The position numbers and the translations under genes were made by a program. DNA of 64,000 nt, taken from Magallana gigas. Taxonomy: Eukaryota. Below, in pieces: positions 34,331 to 47,300 of the stretch; position 1 is the stretch's first letter; every line of letters begins with the position of its first letter. The stretch lies in NCBI RefSeq assembly GCF_963853765.1, contig NC_088861.1, forward strand, positions 1,116,001 to 1,180,000, in the 5' to 3' direction. The notes under the pieces are model-generated. The model was not told the DNA's origin. It worked only from the letters and a program-made list of their open reading frames with translations, and did not search any database.

Positions 34331-35872
34331 ACATGCAATACAAACATGCATTATGCGTTGTCATAATATGGCTGGCTGAAATTAGCTTTTTAACAGATTG
34401 GTTAAAAGAGTTTTATTTATGAATTATAATTACAATATTTTTTTCTATCTTTGATGTAGGTTTAGAGTGTTGTTAAACTAGTATGGTCGTCTGTTTGGTT
34501 CTGTTCGTTTCTTTTCTTTTGTCGAATTTCACCTGTAAAACATGATATAACCTTAATAATTTCATGTTCCGACATTGCTAAGTAAATAAAACAGAAATTC
34601 CTTCTAAATGCTATATAAATATTACGTTGCTTTTCATACTGATATGCGCATGTTTACACGGTATAAATTATGTTTAATGTAGTTAAGTTACTGTAGTTTG
34701 TAATCATGTCCACCAAAACCTTTAACTATTTGTCGTAAAAAAAAAAACCTGCATGCAATTACATGAATAGAAAGTATCAATGTTGTTCTCTCAGTATATA
34801 TTCTAGAATTTTGATGTTTGACCAGAATGATATTTTTGTTCATCAAACTTTTTAAATTGTCGTCAATATTTGTTATTATATTTATTGTACGTAAAGGTAA
34901 TGTTTTGAAATACACACATTCAATTATGTAGAGAGAAATGCGTATAGCGTAAAATATCCATAAAATATCCTCCCCCCCCCCCCCCCCCCCCACTCCACAA
35001 AAACAAATGTCGCTTTCCGATAATGTTATAGTGCATTTCTGCAACAAAATGTCAAAATCTGCAAAGACATACGCAAACAATTTTAAATATTCTTACGTTG
35101 ACATCTTCTGTGCCATCGATTCCGCTGTATAAATCTAACTGCTAAAGGATCTACGTTTTTCAAGACCTCTAATAAAAAGCCCGGATTTAGAAATCTCCTG
35201 TCTCGGAGATACTTAAAGTCCTCGTGAATCGAGCTATTGTCCAATACACGGGACTGGAGTATTTTCCTCAGCTCTTCTTTCCACGCATCGTAATTCTCAT
35301 CAATGCTCAGGTATTTTTCGTTTAGAGTTTTCAGTATATCCTTTTCTTTAAAGAATCTAAAACGAACAAAATTTTTAATCTACTAAATCATAATTATATC
35401 CTCCAAACTTGATATACATGATGATATATGGGATAATCTTGACTTTTTGTATGTGTTGTTATTACAAACTCGAAGTTCTTGGGAAAGGGGTCTATTTGGA
35501 CAAAACCCGCATTTCAGTGCACTTCATCCCTCCTTAAACTTTTATCAATTATCATATGGCTTTACAGTAATTGCTTAATATATCCTGAACCATAGGTTGG
35601 AGTTTACATGTAATTGCAAAAGTATATAAACGGGTATAATATATATTGTATAATGTTATGATACTTACGATTTCATTTCAAGACCTTAGCAGACTTACTA
35701 TTAAAAGAAAATAAGAACATTTAAACAGCAGCTCCCTATTCTGAATTGTAAGAAAAAAACCAATAGAATTTCATTTTGTTCCGGAATTCGAAAGATTCCA
35801 TTGTAAATTATTTTTTAATCAAAGATGTATATATTTATTCATCCAGGAAAATAACGTAGATGATAATAAATA

Positions 35873-36214
35873 TTATTATACTTTCATGTTAAATACTGAA
35901 ATCTGATTGGTTAAGACGCGGTTGATAATCCGTTCTATTACCCTCAGCTTTAGCAACACACTTAGCAACGGGTAACACAACGAATTGTTACATGCGCGTA
36001 AATTATGCGCGTACGGTTTCACGTAAAGCAGTAAAAATTCTCTAAAATTAAGACATTCAATATAATAAAATAAATAGTGCCTGTTTGGGAGGATAACAGT
36101 TGAAATTGACACCCCTCGAAAACCATTGTCAACCTCCGCTTCGCGTCGGTTGACAATGGTTTCCTCGGGGTGTCAATTTCAACTATTACCCTCCCAAACA
36201 GGCACTATTTATAT
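35873..36214. mobile_element. Interspersed repeat ending in a 141-bp palindrome (Crypton-like non-autonomous type)
   Basis: taaatagtgcctgtttggga...tcccaaacaggcactattta (36071-36211), inner arms ttgaaattgacaccc/gggtgtcaatttcaa and aaccattgtcaacc/ggttgacaatggtt, core ctccgcttcgcgtcg. Confidence 0.75.
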
Positions 36215-36931
36215 ACTCACACCTATTCTCTTTATACCACATGTACATTATTTGTCATTTATTGTAATAAATCAGATCATCTTTAAAGTTGTTAAGAATT
36301 ATTCAGAAAAACCACAGCTTACCTTCCGCTTCCGTCAATACCCTTTTTATTTAATTTAAAGTTAAACTGCTTTGATAACGTAAACGCATTATTTCGTACC
36401 TACTTTTTTCTTATCTCACACTCAAAGTGAATGATGAATGAACTGGATTGATTTTTTTTTCTTATCTGTTCTTGCTTTGTATTTTATTTGAATTGCACAA
36501 TATCACACAATCAATAGTAGCACCAATAACGTTGATAACGTTTGTATTCAAGAGAATTTTTTCACGAACATTTTAAAGCATTATGTTAATTCAATTTTTT
36601 CTTACGTTCATTTGTTCTAAAAAAATCACAAACTGTTGCATGAAATTCTAAAAATTACATAAATATTAACGAATTACTTATACTGAAGAGGTCTGTATGG
36701 TTGTGTCTATTTTAGACCATATTTATCTCCTTCAGAAAAAAGCTTTGCCCAAGAGTAAAGAGGAAAATATTCATAATTGTAATCTGAACTTTTTGAGTTT
36801 CTGTATATGGTCAGAATATTATATTTGATGTGCCAAAAACTTCAGTTAATCATTTCACACTTGTTTTGACTTTGGATCACATTTTTGTTTTTTTCCAATT
36901 TAAAAATCAATCATAAGATATTTCAACTGTT

Positions 36932-39439
36932 TTAGAAATTTAGAACTAAACACAACAAGTATTTAAATGTTTTTATTGCAAACATTATACAAAAGAGTAC
37001 CCTCCATCCCATTTTAAGAATAACTGCATCTGGAAAAAATGAAATATACACGACAATGTTTAGCACGTGGTACATGTATATCAGTATAGGACAAGACTTT
37101 GGCATGTGGTGGTGAACAGGATGCTTCATGGGATAGGATACACGATAATGTAAAATACAAAAACATCACCCACATTAAGATAGGATATTGTCAGATATTA
37201 TCAGATACACGCAAAATAGACTAGGATAATGTCAGAAATTATCAGATACACGCATGGTAGAATAGGATGATGTTGGATATTATCAGATACGTACAATAGG
37301 TAGGACATATACACAATAATACATATAACATGCAAAATAGGATATGATACGCACGATTAGATAAGATACGATAGGATATATACAAGATAAGGTAAACTTA
37401 AAGAATAATATAACACGAAAGACAAGTCAAGAAAACCTTGCAGGTACTGTGCAGTGTGCATTCTAAGTCAATTCAAGTTACCTGATGAAATGCATCGAAA
37501 TCCGTCATCAAAATTCGCCTTGCATTTACAAGTTTTGTTTGGCAAACACATCCCTAAATTCATACAGTCTGAGTCTTTATTACATACCTCTGAAAACAAA
37601 TATATAACGAATCTGTAAATTAATAGTAGCGGTAGCGGATACCAGTAGCTATTAAAAATATCAATTCAAACATCAGATCAAAACAACACAAAATTATATG
37701 TATAAGGCCCGGCCTTAGTATGACCAGAATTGTGCATTTTTGAGTTGCATACCTTCGCAATGGACACCTGTTATTTCGGGATCAAACTTTCTACATTTGC
37801 AGTTTCCATCAATCTCACACAAACCGCCATTTTTGCAATGACTGTTATCCATGCATGCTATAGGAAATAATTTTGATAATAACTGAAATGTATATTTGAT
37901 AATTGTGATAACTTGTAATATCAATATTTATGACATCAACATATACGCCGCGTCTACAAAGACCTCGGTCAACTTTTTAAAGTTAACTTCATTGATTTGA
38001 AATTGACGTCAAAAGGCTAGATCAATCAATTTACATGTACCTGAGCACCAGGTGCCATAAAAACCTGGCTTACAGATACACCTTTTTGGAGTTCCCGTAC
38101 AAGTGCCCGCAAATCCGCATGTTCCATTCAGATTGGGATCACAGGAATCTGAAAAATCAATGTAAATAACTTGAGTAATTTTTATAAAAGGTGTACATAA
38201 CTCCTCTTCATATTACAGAGAATATCGATAAAAACTTATCAGAAAACATATTTTAATTTTACAGTCGCTCATAAATCTAACCTTCGCAATGGTTACCGTA
38301 GTAACCAGTAAGTTGGTATCCTACATCACAAATACACTTCCGGGGAGTACCTAGGCATGCGCCGTGATTGTAACAGGTATCCGGACCATCACATTCGTCT
38401 GCATAAAGTGAAATTAAATTTGATATAAAAAATGTGCGGACTTTCAACTTAACATTTGACATATTCACTCCAGGCATAAAACAAAGCTGGCAATTAATTA
38501 AATAAAACTTAATGTCATACTGTATACAGGTAGGTATTCGCCCCCGTTTTATTTTCGCTTCTTTCGCCATCGTTAGCGGACGAATATAAGGCCGGGTGAA
38601 TTACAATGCTCATACTGTCTCTTTTTAAACACAATTTTTTCTTGGCGAATTCAAGACGGGGCAAAACCGTTTGCAAGTGATGAAGGGCGAAAATAAAGCG
38701 GGGCGAAAATAACCCGGGGCGAAAATAACCCGGTATACAGTAAACCATTTGAATTCTATAAGATTGATTAGATAGTTATTTAGAAATAAAGAATTTTATA
38801 AATTATTTGATCTTTATCAAATTATCATTATTATTATTATCATTAATTAACACATCAACGTGGTTTTTTCTCTCCATATATTAACACCCATATATATATA
38901 GGCCAAATTTACCTTCACAATTTTCACCGAAATACCCCTCTAGACATACACATTTTCCCTCCAAGCAGGAACCGCCATTTTTACAGGAGTTTAAAGTACA
39001 TGTATACTCAAAAGATGGCATAACTACAATTGAGACATCGGTTATTTTAATTTTTTTCTATCAAATTATACATGACAACCCCAAAAAAATCAATTTGCGC
39101 TTAAATGCGCACGTTAGCACGCACGCAAAACAAATGGTACACTCGCGTCAAGCAAGTCACAAAATAAAAACATACAATTTGCTCTGTGAGAAAATAAACG
39201 CATTCATAAATCATTGGCTTTGATCTGTTAATACCGATTGATCAGAGGATCAGGTTTTAATGTTATTTTGTTGATCAATAAGGGTAACATGCTATGGGCG
39301 GAATTTGTTAACCCAGTGATCGTTCTGCCTTGTCATAAACTGTTAGCAAAATATTTTTTTTTAAATTGTGGATAAAAACATAACTGTATGAGAAATGTAA
39401 AATAATCAAGAAGAAAATTTGAAATAATACGTACCGCAT
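36932..39439 (-). CDS. Secreted / putatively GPI-anchored protein with five EGF-like domains, ~233 aa
   Basis: Minus-strand exons 39439-39385 (signal peptide MRYVLFQIFFLIILHFSY), 39023-38913, 38398-38282, 38148-38041, 37857-37753, 37589-37482 (one 6-Cys EGF each, all phase 1-1, e.g. CTLNSCKNGGSCLEGKCVCLEGYFGENC) and 37029-36932 (DAVILKMGWRVLFCIMFAIKTFKYLLCLVLNF*). Total 702 nt, open frame, GT-AG introns. Confidence 0.85.
37181..37303. repeat. 41-bp minisatellite, 3 degenerate copies, in the last intron of the EGF gene
   Basis: taggat..gtcagatattatcagatacacgca units start at 37181, 37222 and 37263. Confidence 0.8.
38518..38742. mobile_element. MITE with TA target duplication (Tc1/mariner-type) in an EGF-gene intron
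   Basis: TA-ctgtatac ... gtatacag-TA termini; subterminal repeats ttcgcc(c) on the left and gggcgaaaata(a) x3 on the right. Confidence 0.8.
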
Positions 39440-40982
39440 ATGGTTAGTAAGAAGTGAAGCCGGCTGAAGATGACTGATGTCATAGTGTTCTAAAATTACA
39501 AAACTAATCAAATATTTATATTTAAACTTAAGATGCTGTACAAATGCTTAGTTAGCTTTCAGTTGTTTTTTTTTTTTTTTTAAATATCCCCCACACAGAT
39601 ATTTTTATCGCCATAGGATCATTTGGTGAATAAACGTAAAATTGACATACCTGTTTCTGGTGAAAGAAGGAGCAGGTGCACGTTGGTCGCTACCCTAACG
39701 TCGTTTCTTAGTTCACAACAGATGTTGCGACATATTTCTTTAGCACTAAAACATCCTTTTTACACTCATGTTTTTCTAACTGTAAACGAAGGTATTTCCA
39801 AATATTGTAAACTATATTACGTGAATCCTTCAGTTATGAAATATTCGTAAGTATTAATTTTACAGTTATATAGGCTGTCAACACGCGAATAACGCTTTCC
39901 TGCTGGAATATTGTAATCTGTGTAATTACAACCAAAGCACGCTTACAATATGTAATTCGTTATACATATTGATTAAAAAGCGTGTTACATTTGAATAAAA
40001 GCCATTGCCTTGAATATTTTTTACAATATCTGTTAATCAAAACTCATCTTAATTTCAAAGGAAGAACATGTGTTTAAGTTAACATGTCTAAGATAGACAA
40101 TTTTTAAAAAATTGTCCATCCTAGCGAGAATCTATATTAAATAAGAAATTCTGATTAGAATTAGGTAAATATGCAGTGTAGCACTGGATGTAATACTGTT
40201 TATCACTCACTCTGATGCTGGCGATTACAGTCTCCTGGGACAACATAGATATCGAATTGAAGATGTGTACAATTAATGCGTCTTTATGGACTGAAGGTAG
40301 CAAGGGACAGTTTCGGATAAAGTAGCCGTCAATATTTTTGTAAAATTGAGAGTTGCTGTACTTGAAGGCTTATGAGTGTTGCTAAAATTCATGAAATGAT
40401 TTTTAATGATTATCATTAGTTAGAGGGATGTCTCTTGTTGAAATTGATATGCAATATATAGGCCCCGTATGTTAGGTACATGAGAATCAGAAGTAAAACC
40501 TGCGGCAGTGACTGTTGTGCTGACTTTACACAGTGAAATTGCAAGTTACAGACGGGAGGTAAAATAACACGAAAAGTAGGTGGATGGGACATTGTAAACT
40601 ATACACCGGTAAGTTTCTGACATGTGATAGTGCAACATGCACGCGGTACGGAAGGTCAACCCTCTGCAGAGAATTAGCTGGGGGAGGTCTAAAAAGCTGA
40701 AAAACCATGAAAAATTAGCAAAATAGGAAAGGGTCAAAATTTCATAAAAACCAGTATGTAGAGAATTTTACAGGTTTTGACTAGTAAGAAGATGGGGGAA
40801 TAAGATGGCGCAAATGCCCATTCGGTTTAGTAGTGAAATACAATTTTAAATTTATTTTCCCAAATTAAATCTATTCAAATATATTATAATACAACTTTGC
40901 AAAAGCAAAATTTCTAACTATAGTCAGTTTTAAATATATTTAACAAAAAAAAAAGGAAAAACAATATATTGTCGGAAATTTT

Positions 40983-41060
40983 GGTGGTATCGAACCCGTA
41001 ACATAAAAACCCTAGATATATACGGTTAGCTTATTCCAGGTACTCTAACCACTGAGCCAT
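40983..41060 (-). repeat. tRNA-derived fragment (SINE/MITE-embedded), not a functional tRNA
   Basis: Minus strand: A-box tggctcagtggttag (41059-41045) and B-box ggttcgatacc (40996-40986), with an over-long spacer and no clean cloverleaf. Confidence 0.55.
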
Positions 41061-41937
41061 TTCAGACACAACAAATGTTGCTTTTTAAATATTATGTGTG
41101 ACTAAGGTCACGAAATACCGGACGTATTATTTTTTCAATACGTTCAGTTGTTGGGATACAAAATGATATTTTTAATGTATAGTGGGTCATCTCTCCACGT
41201 TTTTGATGATTGAAATCGGTTTGTTTTCCATTAGACCTTAATTAGACTATGAGAAAAATATGGAGCACAGACCCACTTTATAAAAGAAAATGCCTTGAAG
41301 TTCTAAAAAATGACAATATTTGCAGGTTTTGATACGTATACGCCTGTTTGAGTCAACATATTCCAAGTATTGAACATACCTACAGGTTACAAATCATTGT
41401 TCGTTAAATATATATTGTTTTAAATGATTTAAAAAAACCCATCAGATTTGTTGATACTTAAATTTTTTAGTAGCCTGTCCGACCGCGTATGGGCATTTTA
41501 CACGCCTTATCCACCCATCTTCAAATTTCTTCAGAAATTGGTGATTGGCCTTATAAAGAGTGAATTAAAGGTATTTGTGCTGAATGGGAACTGAGGAAAT
41601 TCTAGTTACAGAGTTCCGAAGACATGCATCCCTTGGCTACAATGAATTGTATAAAAAAAAACTGTCCCCTGCCACCTGAAATATCACACTTTCATTGGTT
41701 TAAACATGGCACGTGACTGCCAGATATATCTTTAAGTCTGTCTAGTGAGAATTAGTATTCGTCTGTATGGCCGACGCTTAATCGCCTACTCATGTCGACA
41801 TTTCATAATATTCAATATAAAATCCATGCTCCGTAATTTTGTTAAATATTTGGAGTAATTGCCCTTAGCAAATACATTAAATTAAAGTAGTTGCCTTTTG
41901 AATTGACATCATGTTTTTGTGTCTGGAGCAATATAGA

Positions 41938-42200
41938 ATGGTAGTGTCGAGATTTGCTCAAACCTCTTTGGAGGAAAGGGAGAAAACAAAATTAAACAGC
42001 ATGTAAAAGAACAAGGGTGCAGCGAAGATTTTCAAATACTATTTGAAAGGTGAGACTGAGATTTTGAGGAGATCGGCTGTGTCAAATTTGACGAGATGTA
42101 AGCAACTTTTATTCGTTTGTTTATCACTTCCCATGAAATAAATTTTCGCTTGTCCTTGGCTTCGCCTCGCCGTCTCTGAGACTGATGAACCCGGTATATT
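41938..42200 (+). mobile_element. Decayed 5' end of a Crypton-like (tyrosine recombinase) DNA transposon
   Basis: MVVSRFAQTSLEEREKTKLNSM*KNKGAAKIFKYYLK, then frameshifted DFEEIGCVKFDEM*ATF, resembles the N-terminus of Crypton recombinases (recall, not a search). Followed by a ggcttcgcctcgcc core like those of the palindromic repeats. Confidence 0.4.
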
Positions 42201-44308
42201 TCTGTAGTAATTCAGTAACAAACCTAATAAGTGATAATATGCCCTTGAACTATAATATATCATTTTATTTTCTACATTTAATTTGTATGTATCATTTAAA
42301 ACAAAGCAAATTATATATGAGTTTGAGTATGGATTTATAATTAAAAAGCAGGTAGTGTTTTATTTGTTTCCTTTACGTTGATATAGAAATAACATCATGA
42401 GTTACTTCTCTTTGCTAGTTAATTCATAAGATCTTTAATTAATATGATTATATATCCTCAGATGTAGAAGAGTATTACCATCTTTGATTTGTGAAATTTT
42501 TAAAAATAATTTAACGATTTTTACAATTATAAGGTAAAAAAAAAAAGGTGGAGGCATAGATTTATTTGTTATTACCCAACCCTCTTTACATGGCTCTGTC
42601 GCGGTGATCATTTCTTAGTAAGCGTTTGGAAGTTCTGGGGTAAATATTCTATCACAAGCAAATACTGTCATACACAAACCTTAGAGGATATTTATAACTC
42701 AGCTCCATCTTCCCTTTTACATTTTGAGGATTTCAGTCAAAGCATTTAAATATAATGACTATTCGAGTCATTTAAATAAATAATTATTCATTTAGAGAGT
42801 TATCAATTGTATAGCAACATTAGCAAGTCACTTAATCAGGTAGCAAAATATGATTTCATCGCGATGGTTTGAAACCGAAACATGCTTTATCATACAGGTC
42901 TGATTTTGTCACAACTAGAACCCCTCCCCCAGCCTCTACCCCCTCTCAATTCTTATTAAACCCTGTTTCAGCCGTGCGTTTGATGTGAAACTCATTAAAT
43001 TCTATCGTGATGAGGTTATACTCGTTTCATTGAAGCCCAAACTGTGTATAATTATAAAGTTGCACTCCTCCGCGATTCTCTGGCATATGGCTAAAAGCTT
43101 GCCATTTTAACCTGGATATTACAGCAGAAGGTAGACTCCTGAAATAACCCAATGATAACCCTACTTTTATGTGACATTGCTGATGATATATACTAGTGGC
43201 CGAGAACACAAACAAAAAGCAACTCAATTGTTTCGTTTTTTAATTTCTGCAATTCAGTTTGTGAATTCTATATCTGAACAAAACAAATTAATTATTGTGA
43301 AAAAAATTTCCACTATATATTAAAATAACATGATGTTTTAAGAGGTATATATTCTAAAATATATGTAATGTCATGACAAAAAATAATACTAGTACACGAA
43401 ATAGTAGATGATAAATTTTACTGATCCTTTAAACATTATCAATTAGCCGGCTTAAAATAAAAGGTAACGGAATACGAATCAACATATTCATAAATGTACA
43501 TGTGTTACAATATTTATTTCTGAACTGCATATTTTTACTTTTAATATAAACTTTTCAATGCCAATCAAAATATAAGATATAAATGCAGTGATTTGTAGTC
43601 GATTTTTTCGAAGAGAATGTAACACATATCCTGCAGTCCAAGAAAAATTAAACATAAACAGATAGCAACAGGGTTAGTAAACATGACTTTTACAGAATGC
43701 CAGCGATGTCTTCATGGTGGTGATTCGGATCTCTTGTGGGAAGGACGGATTCTACCAACTACCTGATGCTTAAACTATCTGCTAGTGATTCACTACAAAT
43801 AATAAAAAGAAAGAAAATCACTAAAGAAGGTTATACTTGTGACAAGAAATACAAAGACAGAAAAGAAACAACTAGATTAAAGTGAAAAAAATTGAATGCA
43901 TGCAAGACAATTTTGTATTGCGTTGTGAATATACCTTTTCGAAAATTCTTAAATTTAAAGTTTGAAACGCGTGTAATTAGATATTCATATAATTGTTGCC
44001 TATGTCACAATGACACGCAATAATAATATACGGTACTATCAGTAAGATTTTTGAAAAAAAACTCAAGTTTTCGTTAGAAAGAAACGCAATTCATCTTAGT
44101 TGTATAAATTTACTGATTGTATAGATTGACTGAAAATTAAACTATATATTTAGTGATAAATTTGATAGCTACCAAATTCATACGAATATAAGTGTGTTGG
44201 AACAGTTAACATTTTGTTATAGACGCTATCGGTAGCTATCAGATTCATTCCTTAGATTGTGTAAAGGTTAAAAGTGCAGCATGAATTAAAGATCGTATTG
44301 CTAAAATA

Positions 44309-47300
44309 TCACAGATTATCGTATGCAGACAAAGGACGTACGTCGGACTTCTTTTCATCGTTTTGCTTTATCTCCCTTGATTTTGGTCTGGACTTCCGAC
44401 CTGATACTGCACGCTTTGGGGTTAATTTTGGAGTAGACTTTTCTTTGTCTGACTCCTTCTTTGTGGGACGGTCCTTTTTCTGGGGAGAAACAGTTGCCTT
44501 GGTTTGTTCACCCGATGCTGTCTCACTTTCGTCTTCCTTGTCGTGTTCAATTGACATGTACCTTTGTCGAATGTAAACAAACGGTTTTGCTTTCTGTGGT
44601 TTCGGAGAATCTTTTTCTGGATCAGGTTCCGTTTTTGGCAATTGTTTTGGTTCTCTTCCTGTCGTTTTGGGTAGGTTTTTTACAGGGTCAGGACACTTTT
44701 TCTTTTTTGAAAAAAGCTTCTGCATGAAACTAACATTCGAATTCGCTTTTTTCTCAGTTGGTGTAGGTTTCTTTTCCGAATTACCTTCCGCCTTCTCCTG
44801 CAACTTTTGAGGAGAAGAAGGCGTTCTATTCGGATCAATCTTTAGAGAGGAAAAGTCCATTTTTGCGTCAGTCGAAATATTTGAACTTTCTGATTGACAC
44901 GAAATTACTGACGCTGTTAATTCAGACTCTGTAGAGGAGGTCATTGAGGTATTCAAAAGCACATTTCCTTTCGGAAATTTAGGATTTAAAACGGGCGTTT
45001 TATCCAAAGAGGTATTGCTTCCTTTGTGGACAGGAATACGGCTTGGAGATTTTTGTTGGGAATGTTTGCTTTTATATTTCTGATTTGGCACTGTTGCAAT
45101 TTTTCCTGGAGCAGAATTAAATCTTGACATCTTATTTCCAGCATGGGGACTCCCAATAGGCAAGGTCATACTTTCGTTTCCATCACACGATGTCTTTGAT
45201 TTTTCTGCAGGTTCATCTGAAGGAGATAATGTTTTCCCCTTCAATGTAGTTATCGGTTGTGGTTTTCTGTCTCTTTTTTGTGTTTTCCCAGCACTAGTTG
45301 ACTGTGCTAATAATTGTTGTACATTTCTCTGTCGTCCTTGTTCAGAAGTATCCGGCTGTTCATTCAAATTTTCTTTTGAAGATAACTGGTCGTTTGAAGT
45401 TTTCCATGGCACATCGGGCATGTTTTTTTGAGTTGGACTTTGTAATCTCTCAGACACTTTTTGTAATTTTGAAATACACGCAGCCATTTTACCTTCCGCA
45501 AGTGTCGTTGAATCTGTTAAAGTGTTAGCATCTGTTACTTCTATTCTCGGTGTCATTGTAAACTTGTTTGCAGTATCTGGAATTGGTTTGTTACCGAAAA
45601 CATTTTCAGCAATTTGTCGAGAACTACTAAAAGTACTTGTAGCTTTATCAGATTTTGCAATGTAAAATGTCATTGTTCCCTTTGAAAACAGATGACGAAT
45701 CGGCGTTGATGTTTCCTTTTCAAACGTTAGTTTGGGTTGTGTATTGGTACATACATCGACTAACTCTTTGCCTTCCTTATCTTTACGTTTTGAGTGTTTC
45801 CACACTTCGGGTTCATTTGGATCATGATCTTGTGTTTGCGGAATAGTAGTTACGAATGTTTGGGTGGCTATTTCAGTATCTGATGTATAGTCCATTGATG
45901 TGTAATCATCCACCATTTCTATATGGTCTTCAAAATCGTGAATAGATGGTTCCGATGATACAAGATCGAAGGCAGATTCTGGTATGAGGAAAAGTTCGTC
46001 GCCTTCAAGTTCACTCAAAAGTCCGATGTAAGGCAGAGACTCGGTTGAGGTGGCCATATCACAACATTCGATCGGTCTTTGATCAAACTCGCGTGAAGTA
46101 CCTATTGATTTGTCAAAAAGGTTAACCATTGACGTTTGTGTTGAGATTTCTGTAAACGTCATCGAAGACTGGCCAAATGACATAGCCATTGTTCCACGTT
46201 CCTGAACATCTGGAGGTGAGGGATTTGTGGCCATATCCACCCTTTTCACAAAGTCCTCTAAACTAACATTTGTTGACTTATGCACTGGGGTTAATACTCG
46301 TCCACCATACACATCGTTCAACGAATTGCAATGCGAGAGAGTGTCCGATGTACCTATGCCTGCATCCGAAAACAGTTTAACGTCAGTGTTGGTTTCTTTG
46401 GTTTCGGTAACCATCTCAACGAATGTCTGGGCGTCTTGGCATTTCAATCTTTCTGTTAAAGTTTCATTATCCTGGACAATAATCGTTGTTTCTGTGGTTG
46501 AATCTTTAAATTTGACTATTTCTGTGTGTGTCGCTTGGTCCATCAAAACCACCGGGTTTGTTTCAACACACGAATCAATAGTTGCTGGTCGAGGAGGTGA
46601 TATACCTGTGTTGACAAGAACAGGATTAAAAGTTTCAGTCCATTGGTCAGTACTTGTCACCTTAGTGGTGCTTGTTTCTTTATCAGAAAATTGCAAAGAA
46701 CAGGTTTCTGTACTCGATTCTACCATAGTTGGGCTTAGAGGAGGAAGCATCTCGGTCAAACTCGATTGACTAGAGAGTTTGTCAATGGATCCGCGGCTAT
46801 CTGAAGATCCTTTTCCTTTAAATAGCTTTAGCAAACCCCCATGCCACGATTTTCTGTTTTCGCTCGACCCTGTCTGATTTGGTTCCCATTGGTCAGTTTG
46901 AATGCAAGAGCTGGCAACATTTGTAGGCATCGTGAAAGTGTTTACATCTCTTTGATTTGGTGTAACTTGAAGGCCCTGGTCTGTTACAGACACAGGTGTC
47001 ATTTCGGTGCCACTGTCTATCGTTTCACAACTAACAGTGAAAGTTGATCTTTCTGTAGTTGACGGTGGATCCGTCCAAGTCTCAGCGGTAGTAAATGAAA
47101 TTGTTGGCATAGACGTTTCACTATCCATAAAGTTGATTTTAACAGTTGATGTACCTTTGTCAGTCTGCCCTGCATAATCCGTTCCTACATTTTTCGTAAT
47201 TTGAGTTACTTTTGGTGTTTGTGTATCCGATGTTCTGCTTTCTACTTTGGTTTGTATTTCAGAATCTCGAGTTCGAACCTGATATGTACACGTAACGGCA

